A stretch of 64,000 nucleotides of DNA from Actinomycetota bacterium (GTDB lineage Bacteria; Actinomycetota; Acidimicrobiia; IMCC26256; JAENVU01). Location: positions 15,306 through 79,305 of the forward strand of contig VGBT01000009.1 of NCBI GenBank assembly GCA_016870395.1, in the 5' to 3' direction. Every line of letters begins with the position of its first letter. Position 1 is the stretch's first letter. The notes beneath the pieces are model-generated. The model was not told the origin of the DNA and did no database searches. It saw only the letters and a program-made list of their open reading frames with translations. Shown here one piece after another: positions 56,259 to 64,000 of the stretch. Both the position numbers and the translations under genes were made by a program.

Positions 56259-56765
56259 ATGACTGTGCACGAGCGGCCGTTCGGGCGGTACTACGAGGAC
56301 TTCGCGCCCGGCGACGTCTACAAGCACTGGCCGGGCAAGACGATCACCGAGTACGACGACCACCTGTTCTGCATGATCACCATGAACCACCATCCGCTGC
56401 ACACGGATGCGTGGTACGCGGAGACCCAGACCCAGTTTGGCAAGAACGTCGTGGTGGGCAACCTCGTGTACTCGCTCGTGCTCGGTATGAGCGTTCCCGA
56501 CGTGAGTGGGCTCGCGATCGCGAACCTCGAGATCGAGACGCTGCAGCACAAGCGACCCACGTTCCACGGCGACACGATCTACGCGGAGACCCGCGTGCTC
56601 GAGAAGAAGGAGAGCTCGAGCAAGCCCGATCGCGGGATCGTCTCGGTGGAGACCTTCGGCTACAACCAGCGCGGCGAGGAGGTCTGCTACTTTCGCCGCA
56701 AGGTGATGGTCCCCAAGCGCGAGGCGGCGAAGCCGCGCCAGCGCCCCTACGCCACACCCGACTAG
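56259..56765 (+). CDS. MaoC-like (R)-hydratase/dehydratase (hotdog fold)
   Basis: YEDFAPGDVYKHWPGKTITEYDDHLFCMITMNHHPLHTD resembles MaoC-family enoyl-CoA hydratases found next to citE-like lyases. Confidence 0.85.
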   Translation: MTVHERPFGRYYEDFAPGDVYKHWPGKTITEYDDHLFCMITMNHHPLHTDAWYAETQTQFGKNVVVGNLVYSLVLGMSVPDVSGLAIANLEIETLQHKRPTFHGDTIYAETRVLEKKESSSKPDRGIVSVETFGYNQRGEEVCYFRRKVMVPKREAAKPRQRPYATPD

Positions 56766-57748
56766 GGACTCGCCGCCTCGCCGGCCGCGGCGTCGTGCGC
56801 ACGGTGGTCGCTGTCGCACGCGTGGCACTCGAGCTCGAGAGTCGCATGCTCGATCGCGAAGCGCTCGTCGAGCGTGGCCTTGAGCCGGTCGCCGCACTCC
56901 TGGGCGGCGTGGAGCGTCCACTCGCCCCGGAGCACGATGTGGGCCGAGAGCGCCGGCGTTTCGGAGCCGATCGACCACACGTGCAGGTGGTGTACCGCCT
57001 CCACCGCGGGATCCGCCACCAGCACGGACTCCACCTGGGCGACGTCGAGGCCCTTGGGTGCGCCTTCGAGCAGGACCCGGGTCGCCTCCACGAGCAGCTG
57101 GGCGGCGGCGAGCAGCACGAGCGCGGCGATGAACAACGAGACCGCGGGGTCGACCCAGGTCTCGTCGGTCAGGACGATCACGATCCCGGACACGACGACG
57201 CCGACGGAGCCGAGCGCGTCAGCCGCGAGGTGCAGAAACGCGCCGCGCATGTTGAGGCTCGCGCCACTGGCGCGTTCGATCACCCATGCGCTGCCTGCGT
57301 TCACCACGAGGCCGAGCCCGCCGACGACGATCACCCCGATCCCGTCGACGGACTCAGGAGTGCGGAACCGTTGCACGGCCTCGTAGGCGACCCAGGCCGA
57401 GGCACCGGCGAGCAGCACGGCGTTCACCTGCGCGCCGATCACCTCGGCCCTCAGCAGCCCGTACGTGTTGTGCGGCGTCGCCGGCCGTGTCGTGAGGCGC
57501 AGGGCGACCAGCGCGAGCGCGAGGGCGACGACGTCGGAGGCCATGTGTGCCGAGTCGGCGAGCAGGGCCAGCGAGCCGAACGCGATGCCGGCGAGCAGCT
57601 GCACGACGAAGAAGCCGCCGTTCGCCCCCAGCCCGATCCAGAGCGCCCGGGCGCGGGCAGCGTCAGTGGCCCGGCTCCCGTCCGAGTGGGCGTGCCCGTG
57701 CGGCGACACGCGCCCACGGTACCGGCCACCCCTCGGCCGACCGACCAC
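56762..57748 (-). CDS. cation diffusion facilitator family transporter (CzcD/ZitB-like)
   Basis: SLALLADSAHMASDV, His-rich N-terminus (HGHAHSDG), GAFLHLAADALGSVGV; start uncertain. Confidence 0.85.
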   Translation of the reverse strand: MVGRPRGGRYRGRVSPHGHAHSDGSRATDAARARALWIGLGANGGFFVVQLLAGIAFGSLALLADSAHMASDVVALALALVALRLTTRPATPHNTYGLLRAEVIGAQVNAVLLAGASAWVAYEAVQRFRTPESVDGIGVIVVGGLGLVVNAGSAWVIERASGASLNMRGAFLHLAADALGSVGVVVSGIVIVLTDETWVDPAVSLFIAALVLLAAAQLLVEATRVLLEGAPKGLDVAQVESVLVADPAVEAVHHLHVWSIGSETPALSAHIVLRGEWTLHAAQECGDRLKATLDERFAIEHATLELECHACDSDHRAHDAAAGEAASP

Positions 57749-57789
57749 CTCCTACGCTGCCCGGACCACGTCGAGGAAGGAACACGCTG

Positions 57790-58566
57790 ATGGCGGGAAG
57801 GATCGAGGGTCGGGTAGCGATCGTCACGGGCGGCGCGTCCGGGATCGGACGTGCGACCGCGCGTCGCTTCGCTGCCGAAGGCGCGGCGGTGCTCGTGGCC
57901 GACCGCAACGAGACGTTGCTGGCCGAGGTCGCCGGCGAGCTCGGCGAACAGGGTGCCCCCGTCGTCGCCGAGGTCACCGACGAGGCCTCGGTCGAAGCGA
58001 TGGTGTCAGCCGCGATCGACCGCTTCGGGAAGGTGGACGTCGCGGTCAACGCGGCCGGCTTCGGCACCTATGCAACGATCGCCGAACATCCCGTCGAGGA
58101 GTTCCGTGCGGTGCTCGACACGTGTCTCACCGGCGTGATGCTCTGCGTGAAGCACGAGGCTCGGGCCATGCGCGACGCCGGTGGTGTGATCGTCAACATC
58201 GCCTCGATCAACGCGCGCGTCCCGGCCGAGGGCATGGCCGCCTACTGCTGTGCGAAGGCCGGCGTGGAGATGCTCACCCGGATCGCGGCCATCGAGCTCG
58301 GCCCGGTGGGCATCCGCGTCGCGGGCATTGGTCCCGGGTTCGTCGACACCCCGCTCACCGCGTTCACGCAGGCGGTGCCGGCGATCCGCGACGCCTACGT
58401 GGCCGCGACGCCGCTCGGGCGCGCCGGTACCCCGGAGGACATCGCCGACGCGGCGCTGTTCCTGGTGAGCGACGACGGTCGTTGGGTGAGCGGCGACACG
58501 CTGTACGTGGACGGCGGGGCGATGCACAAGGGCTACCCCGAGCTCGCCAGAATCGCCGCCGGCTAG
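57790..58566 (+). CDS. short-chain dehydrogenase/reductase (SDR)
   Basis: VTGGASGIGRA, NAAG, YCCAKAG catalytic Tyr-x3-Lys. Confidence 0.9.
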   Translation: MAGRIEGRVAIVTGGASGIGRATARRFAAEGAAVLVADRNETLLAEVAGELGEQGAPVVAEVTDEASVEAMVSAAIDRFGKVDVAVNAAGFGTYATIAEHPVEEFRAVLDTCLTGVMLCVKHEARAMRDAGGVIVNIASINARVPAEGMAAYCCAKAGVEMLTRIAAIELGPVGIRVAGIGPGFVDTPLTAFTQAVPAIRDAYVAATPLGRAGTPEDIADAALFLVSDDGRWVSGDTLYVDGGAMHKGYPELARIAAG

Positions 58567-58570
58567 TCAC

Positions 58571-58631
58571 GACCCGGAAACTGTCGCGTCTATCTCACGC
58601 TATGGCGTCAGATACCCGCGACAGTTTTGGG
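58571..58631 (+). repeat. hairpin-forming interspersed element, family 1, copy 4
   Basis: GACCCGGAAACTGTCGCGTCTATCTCACGCTATGGCGTCAGATACCCGCGACAGTTTTGGG; 4 nt after SDR stop, between convergent genes. Confidence 0.9.
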
Positions 58632-58647
58632 AGTGGGTCGGTGCTGA

Positions 58648-59529
58648 TCAGTGGGTGAGGAAGTCGAGGACCTTGCGGTTGACGGCCTCGGGCTGGTCGA
58701 GGTGCAGGAAATGGCCGCTCGCGGGGACGATCTCCACCTCGAGGCCAGCCGGGAAGAAGGGCGCGAGCTCCGCCGGGTTCACGGACTCGACGCCCATGCA
58801 GCCGTCGTCGGCGCCGTGCAGGTAGAGCGTCGGTACCTGGATCGGCCCGCTCCCGGCTGCGCCGGCCTCGTCGAGCGCGGGATTCGGCGGGGTGGTGCCG
58901 AACATCGCCCGGTAGTAGCCGATCGCGGCCTCGGTGCTCCCCGGTGACGCGAGCGTGTCCTTCAACGCGCGCATGAACGCGTCGTCCGGTTCGTGACCCG
59001 GCGACCACGTGCGCCAGAGGAAGTCGATGAACGCGAAGTCGTCGTTGGGGACGACGATCTCGGCGAACGACGTCTGGAACACGAACATGTAGAACGACCG
59101 TTTGAGCTGCTCCGGCGACAGGAACACCGCGCCGAGCGCGGCCGGGTGGGGCACGGCCATCGTGACGAGCTTCACGAAGCGCTCGGGTCGGTACCCGACG
59201 GCCGTGTAGGCGGCGATCGCGCCCCAGTCGTGGCCGATCAACACCACCTCGCGCTCACCGGCGAGCTCGTCGGCGACCGCGAGCGCGTCGAGCGCTAGCG
59301 ACGCCACCTGGTAGTTGCCGTCGGGGGCGAGGCCCGTCGGCGCGTAGCCGCGCAGCCACGGCGCAACGGCATGGAACCCGGCGTCCGCTAGCCGGGGCAT
59401 GAGCAGGGACCAGGTCAAGGCGTGGTCCGGGAACCCGTGCAGGCAGAGCGCAAGGGGACCGTCGAGGGGGCCGTGCTCGAGGTAGGCGACGTCGATGCCG
59501 TTGGCCGTGATGCGGCGAGGTCCACTCAT
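58648..59529 (-). CDS. alpha/beta hydrolase (epoxide-hydrolase-like)
   Basis: LHGFPDHALTW, LIGHDWGA nucleophile region, SGHFLHLDQPE. Confidence 0.85.
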   Translation of the reverse strand: MSGPRRITANGIDVAYLEHGPLDGPLALCLHGFPDHALTWSLLMPRLADAGFHAVAPWLRGYAPTGLAPDGNYQVASLALDALAVADELAGEREVVLIGHDWGAIAAYTAVGYRPERFVKLVTMAVPHPAALGAVFLSPEQLKRSFYMFVFQTSFAEIVVPNDDFAFIDFLWRTWSPGHEPDDAFMRALKDTLASPGSTEAAIGYYRAMFGTTPPNPALDEAGAAGSGPIQVPTLYLHGADDGCMGVESVNPAELAPFFPAGLEVEIVPASGHFLHLDQPEAVNRKVLDFLTH

Positions 59530-59618
59530 GGCGCGTAGCCTACGGTTCCGAGCGCCGGTCCCCGCCGTTTCGGTTGTCCCGGATAGTGGCTATCCTGCGC
59601 GGTCTCATGAGTGGGGGC

Positions 59619-60497
59619 ATGAAGATCACCTTCCACGGCGTGAGAGGATCGACGCCGTGCGACGCCCCTCACCTGGCGCGCTTCGGGGGCAACACCTCCT
59701 GCGTCCTCATCGAGGCGGAGGATCAGCCCCCGATCATCTTCGACCTCGGGACCGGGCTGCGGTCCTACGGGGTCTCGCTGCGAGACACGGGCCGGGCAGC
59801 CGGGTTCCGCGGCTCGGTGCTGCTGAGCCATCTCCACTGGGACCACGTGCAGGGTCTGCCGTTCTTCGAGCCGCTCCACGAGCGCACCTCCGTGCTCGAC
59901 GTCTACGGCCCCCGCCAGTCCGACGGACCGCTCACCGAGGTGTTCGCGGGTCTCATGCGCCCATCGTACTTCCCGATCCGCCCCGACGGGCTGGCCGGCG
60001 CGATCGCCTTTTACGACGCGGGTGACGACGACTTCCCGCTCGGCACCGCGAAGGTGCGGTCGCGTTGGATCCGTTACGTCGGGCCGACACTCGGGTACCG
60101 GGTCGAATGGAACGGGGTGTCCGTCGCGTACCTGTCGGATCATGGGCAGGGCTGTGTCACCGGCGACACCGACGACTACGTTTCTCATGACGTGTTCGAC
60201 CTCTGCGACGGTGTCGACCTGCTGATACACGACGCACAGCACACCGCGGGCGAGTTCGAGGCGAAGCGTCACTGGGGTCATTGCACCGTCGAGTACGCGC
60301 TGCACGTCGCTCGCGAATCCGGCGCGCAGCGCCTGGCGCTCTTCCATCACGATCCGTTCCGCGACGACGCGGCAATGGAAGTGATCGAGCGGGACGCGTG
60401 TGACAGCGCGGAGCGCAAGGGCCTGCGGGAGGTGTTCGCGGCGTTCGAGGGCATGGTCGTCGAGCTCGAGGACGCTCGTCACGCGGGGGCCGTGTGA
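59619..60497 (+). CDS. MBL-fold metallo-hydrolase
   Basis: LLSHLHWDHVQG (HxHxDH), LIHDAQH, LFHHDP. Confidence 0.8.
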   Translation: MKITFHGVRGSTPCDAPHLARFGGNTSCVLIEAEDQPPIIFDLGTGLRSYGVSLRDTGRAAGFRGSVLLSHLHWDHVQGLPFFEPLHERTSVLDVYGPRQSDGPLTEVFAGLMRPSYFPIRPDGLAGAIAFYDAGDDDFPLGTAKVRSRWIRYVGPTLGYRVEWNGVSVAYLSDHGQGCVTGDTDDYVSHDVFDLCDGVDLLIHDAQHTAGEFEAKRHWGHCTVEYALHVARESGAQRLALFHHDPFRDDAAMEVIERDACDSAERKGLREVFAAFEGMVVELEDARHAGAV

Positions 60498-61003
60498 CCG
60501 ACGAGATTGCAGAGCCCGAGGTCCTACGGCCCGACGCCGTGTCGTTTCGCGAGGTGCTCGGCCACTTCGCCACCGGCATCACGGTGATCACCGCGCTCGA
60601 CGGTGACGAGCCGGTCGGTCTCGCGGTCAACTCGTTCACCTCGGTGTCGCTCGACCCACCGTTGGTGCTGTTCTGCGCGGCCAAGTCGTCGACCACCTGG
60701 CCGCGGATCCAGCGGGCCGGGCACTTCACGGTCAACATCCTCGACGAGCACCAGGAGCACGTGTCCAAGCTCTTCTCGACCCGTGACGTCGACCGGTTCG
60801 GCCAGCTCGTGTGGCGGGTCGGCGCTCACGGCCCGATCCTCGACGATGTCCACGCCTGGCTCGACTGCACCATCGAGGCCGAGCACGACGCCGGTGACCA
60901 CGTCATCTCGATCGGGCGTGTGCACGAGCTCGGGATCGTGGCGGACGCCGGCCCGCTGCTCTTCTACCGGGGTCGGTATGGCCGCCTGCTCGGCGGTGAC
61001 TGA
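60494..61003 (+). CDS. flavin reductase (HpaC-like, FMN-binding split barrel)
   Basis: FREVLGHFATGITVITA, GLAVNSFTSVSLDPPLVLFC; GTG 60494 overlaps MBL stop (GTGA). Confidence 0.85.
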   Translation: MTDEIAEPEVLRPDAVSFREVLGHFATGITVITALDGDEPVGLAVNSFTSVSLDPPLVLFCAAKSSTTWPRIQRAGHFTVNILDEHQEHVSKLFSTRDVDRFGQLVWRVGAHGPILDDVHAWLDCTIEAEHDAGDHVISIGRVHELGIVADAGPLLFYRGRYGRLLGGD

Positions 61004-61004
61004 G

Positions 61005-61544
61005 ATGGCGACGTTGACCCCGGCCCCCGAGATTGCCGGCGTGGTGATCGTCGAGCCCACGATCTGGGCCGACGCCCGCGGGATGTTCGCCGAGACCTTC
61101 CGCCAGGAATGGTTGCCCGAGGGATCGCCGACGATGGTGCAGGGCAACCGAGCGGATCGCCAGGCCGACACGCTCGTGGGGTTGCACTACCACCGCTTCC
61201 AGGCCGACTACTGGTACGTGCCGTTCGGGCGTGTCCTCGCCGCGTTGCACGACCTGCGGAAGTCGTCGCCCACACGCGGCGCGTCGCTCACCGTCGAGCT
61301 CAACGGTGAGCAGCACCGCGGCTTGTACATCCCGCGCGGTGTCGCGCACGGCTTCTACGCGATCACGGACGCGACGATTACCTATCTCGTCGACAACTAC
61401 TACAACCCCGACGACGAGCTCGGCGTGGCGTGGGACGACCCGGCGATGGGGATCGACTGGCCGGGACGGGATCCGATCCTCTCCGATCGGGACCGCGCCA
61501 ACCCGCTGATCGCGGACATCCCGCCAGAGCTGGCTCCCGAATAG
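61005..61544 (+). CDS. rmlC: dTDP-4-dehydrorhamnose 3,5-epimerase-like cupin
   Basis: DARGMFAETF, LVGLHYH, RGLYIPRGVAHGFYAI, YLVDNYYNPDDELGVAWDDPAMGIDWP. Confidence 0.75.
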   Translation: MATLTPAPEIAGVVIVEPTIWADARGMFAETFRQEWLPEGSPTMVQGNRADRQADTLVGLHYHRFQADYWYVPFGRVLAALHDLRKSSPTRGASLTVELNGEQHRGLYIPRGVAHGFYAITDATITYLVDNYYNPDDELGVAWDDPAMGIDWPGRDPILSDRDRANPLIADIPPELAPE

Positions 61545-61545
61545 G

Positions 61546-61950
61546 TCAGTGCCGCCGGCCGCGGCGGTCGAGCTCGGCTCCCACCGAGAAGAGCCCGGTG
61601 GTCTCGAGCGCGGCGACAACGGCGACTGCCAGCGCGACGAGCGTCGCGAGGTCCTCGGCCCCGGCGAGCAGGACCAGCATCGCCAGCGCCAGCGCTCCGG
61701 TCACCACGAGCGACTGGAGCCGGGCCGCGCTTGCGGTCTCGGTTCGGCGGGGTGGTCCGAGGCGGTCGGCAAGGAGCGCGGTCCACACGGCGGGGACCGG
61801 CCCGTGGGGGCCGAGCACCGCGTCCGCGGCGCACAGCAACCCCGCGGCAGGGATTGTGTACGGGGTCCCGAAGACGAAGCCGGCGAGGAGCACGATGGCG
61901 ACGGCTCCCTGCTCCAGTCGCCCGACCCGGGCGTCGATTGGGGTCACCAC
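61546..61950 (-). CDS. small integral membrane protein (3-4 TM; possibly DUF4395-like)
   Basis: Hydrophobic profile only; family assignment from memory and weak. Confidence 0.5.
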   Translation of the reverse strand: MVTPIDARVGRLEQGAVAIVLLAGFVFGTPYTIPAAGLLCAADAVLGPHGPVPAVWTALLADRLGPPRRTETASAARLQSLVVTGALALAMLVLLAGAEDLATLVALAVAVVAALETTGLFSVGAELDRRGRRH

Positions 61951-61983
61951 CGGACCCTACCCAGGCAATGGAGCGCGTAGATA

Positions 61984-62028
61984 CCACTTATTGTGGGCTT
62001 TGTGGCCCTATGCAGCCACGTTCCGTGG
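61984..62028. promoter_or_regulatory. cluster of three short palindromes (CCAC-TTATT-GTGG, GTGGC-N8-GCCAC, CCACG-TTC-CGTGG) in a locally AT-richer divergent intergenic region
   Basis: Read directly; lies 34-78 nt upstream of the FtsH-like ATG 62062. Confidence 0.3.
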
Positions 62029-62061
62029 CAGCTAGCCTTTTGGTTCTGGGAAGGAAGGGTC

Positions 62062-63912
62062 ATGGACGTTCGGATGCTGGGTGGGTCGGCCGTGCTGCGA
62101 GGCCGCGCGGGCGACGTCGCGCGTGAGCGCGAGCGCCACCGCCGACGCCGGCTCCTCGAGTTCGCGATCGTCCTCACCCCGCTGTGCGTGTACCTCTACC
62201 ACCGGATCCTGTCGGGGGATCCGGTGCGATTCGGCTGGCCACAGGTCCACCTGCCGGAGTGGCTCGCGCCGCTCGCGCCCGGCCTCATCCTCGTCGGGGT
62301 GCTGGCGCTCGTGCTCGTCGTCCCGTTGCTCGCCGCGGGTCGTTCCCCGCACGCGCTCTACCGGCCGAGCGAGATCCCGGTCGCGCTCGAAGACGTGGTC
62401 GGTCTGGGCATCGTGCGAGACGAGGTCGTCAAGACGCTGAACCTCTTCCTCGCCTACCAGACGTTCCGCGACCGGATGGGAGGCAACCCGCGCAAGGCGA
62501 TCCTGTTCGAGGGTCCGCCGGGAACGGGGAAGACCTACATGGCGAAGGCCATGGCGCGCGAGGCCAGCGTGCCGTTCCTGTTCGTCTCGGCCAGCGCATT
62601 CCAGTCGATGTACTACGGCCAGACGAACCGGAAGATCCGTGTTTTCTTCCGAACGCTGCGCAAGACCGCACGCCGCGAAGGCGGGGCGATCGGGTTCATC
62701 GAGGAGATCGACGCCATCGCGGGCGCGCGCGGCGGCATGCGCGACAACGCCGTCGGCATCGAAGTCGGTCGGACGGTCGCGCGAGCCGATATGCGGGAAG
62801 GAATCGCGGGAGTCGTCAACGAGCTGCTCATCCAGATGCAGAGCTTCGACGAGCCGACCGTCGGCGGGCGCATGCGGGGCTGGGCCATCGACCGCGTCAA
62901 CCGGATGCTCCCGACCGAGCGCCAGCTGCGCAAGAAGCCACCGGTCTCGTCGAACATCCTCGTGATCGGCGCGACCAACCGAGCCGACAACCTCGATCCC
63001 GCTCTCCTGCGGCCGGGCCGCTTCGACCGCTCGATCCACTTCGGGCTGCCGAGCCGGGGTGGCCGGCGCGAGATCATCGACTACTACCTGGACCGCAAGG
63101 CGCACGTGCCCGAGCTCGACAAGGAGGAGCGTCGCGACCAGCTCGCGGCGATGACGTTCGGGTACTCGCCGGTGATGATCGAGCACCTCTTCGACGAGGC
63201 CCTCGTTTGGTGCCTGCGAGAAGGGCGCGAGGCCATGGAGTGGGCCGACGTCCAGCAGGCCAAGCTCACCGAGGAGATCGGTCTCGCCCAGCCGGTTGAG
63301 TACACGGAGGACGAGAAGCGGACGATCGCCACGCACGAGGCGGGCCATGCCGTCGTCGCCCACCTCGTGGGCGTCGACCGCAAGCTCGAGGTGCTCTCGA
63401 TCATCAAGCGCAAGGACGCGCTCGGGCTCCTGGCCCACTCCGACACCGAGGAGCGCTACACCCGCACGCGCTCGGAGCTGGTGTCCTCGATCCAGATCGG
63501 CTTCGGGGGCATCACCGCGGAGGAGCTGTTCTTCGGCGAGTCCGGCACCGGCCCCGCGAGCGACCTCGCCCACACCACGGCGCTTGCCGCGCGGATGGTC
63601 GGCTCCTTCGGCATGGCCGGCTCGCTCCTCAGCTTCGAGGCTGTCGAGGCGGGTCCGATCACCCAGGGCATCGTCGCGAAGGTGCTGGCCGACGAGGAGT
63701 CGCGGAGGTCGGTGGAGCGGATCCTCGAGAGCGCCAAGGACTCGGTGCGCGACCTGCTCGACGCGAACCGCGACCTGGTGATCGCGCTGCGCGACGCGCT
63801 GCTCGAGCACGAGGAGCTCGTGGGCGACGAGATCCTCGAGGTGCTGCGCCGAGCCCAAGCCGAGCGGGAGCCGCTCGCAACGGACCGAACCACCTGCCAC
63901 GAACCCGGGTAG
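62062..63912 (+). CDS. FtsH-like AAA+ ATPase / zinc metalloprotease paralogue
   Basis: Two N-terminal TM segments, GPPGTGKT Walker A, IEEIDAI Walker B, LLRPGRFDR, HEAGHAVVAH zinc motif; GGAAGGAAGGG RBS before ATG 62062. Confidence 0.85.
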   Translation: MDVRMLGGSAVLRGRAGDVARERERHRRRRLLEFAIVLTPLCVYLYHRILSGDPVRFGWPQVHLPEWLAPLAPGLILVGVLALVLVVPLLAAGRSPHALYRPSEIPVALEDVVGLGIVRDEVVKTLNLFLAYQTFRDRMGGNPRKAILFEGPPGTGKTYMAKAMAREASVPFLFVSASAFQSMYYGQTNRKIRVFFRTLRKTARREGGAIGFIEEIDAIAGARGGMRDNAVGIEVGRTVARADMREGIAGVVNELLIQMQSFDEPTVGGRMRGWAIDRVNRMLPTERQLRKKPPVSSNILVIGATNRADNLDPALLRPGRFDRSIHFGLPSRGGRREIIDYYLDRKAHVPELDKEERRDQLAAMTFGYSPVMIEHLFDEALVWCLREGREAMEWADVQQAKLTEEIGLAQPVEYTEDEKRTIATHEAGHAVVAHLVGVDRKLEVLSIIKRKDALGLLAHSDTEERYTRTRSELVSSIQIGFGGITAEELFFGESGTGPASDLAHTTALAARMVGSFGMAGSLLSFEAVEAGPITQGIVAKVLADEESRRSVERILESAKDSVRDLLDANRDLVIALRDALLEHEELVGDEILEVLRRAQAEREPLATDRTTCHEPG

Positions 63913-64000
63913 GTTCGGGGGATCTTGGACGAAGAGCGGGAGATGCGTCGTGCCGGGTGGCGGCTCATGGCCGACGCCGTGCGACCGCAACGGTGGTGGG

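Noticed and set aside
56762-56765. Convergent MaoC and CDF genes share the palindrome CTAG, so both stop codons (TAG on each strand) overlap
   Set aside because: This is a real but trivial consequence of a palindromic tetranucleotide, with no evidence of function.

Overview
Very GC-rich, stop-poor sequence whose gene order matches an actinobacterial chromosome core. The conserved blocks are metG(3' end)-tatD-[DUF348 protein at the rpfB/yabE position]-rsmA-ispE, bS22, tRNA-Gln-glmU-prs-(secreted protein)-rplY-pth, then mfd-PPIase-mazG and eno-ftsB-DUF501-ppx. About 40 kb of mixed housekeeping and metabolic genes follow: orn, an Acs-like ligase plus GNAT, crotonases, acyl-CoA dehydrogenases, a malyl/citramalyl-CoA-lyase-like CitE, MaoC, LLM and PPOX enzymes, selD, NlpC/P60, an LPXTG protein, MATE/ABC/CDF exporters, an FtsH-like protease and tRNA-Leu. 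Many of the longest ORFs in the supplied track are antisense or out-of-frame artefacts of the GC richness. I called CDS from recognisable protein motifs, synteny, RBS-like purine runs and 4-nt start/stop overlaps, so start codons are often uncertain. I saw no rRNA, CRISPR array, integrase or transposase. The main observations are as follows. (1) A ~60-bp hairpin-forming interspersed element occurs in four copies, each just 3' of a stop codon and in the orientation of the upstream gene. (2) Two inverted copies of that element bracket a single AbiEi/DUF559 gene next to a decayed dienelactone hydrolase gene. (3) A second 33-36-bp hairpin repeat family sits at three gene ends. (4) A complete ADP-heptose activation set plus a GT9 heptosyltransferase is wedged between pth and mfd. 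(5) The catalytic N-terminus of selD lies upstream of any ATG/GTG/TTG, and a CTG in a CTGA overlap is the only candidate start. (6) Three genes look decayed or frameshifted. (7) There are unusual domain fusions (esterase-thioredoxin, CBS-citrate synthase) and a few unexplained structured non-coding stretches. All homology statements are from my own reading of the translations; no database search was run.
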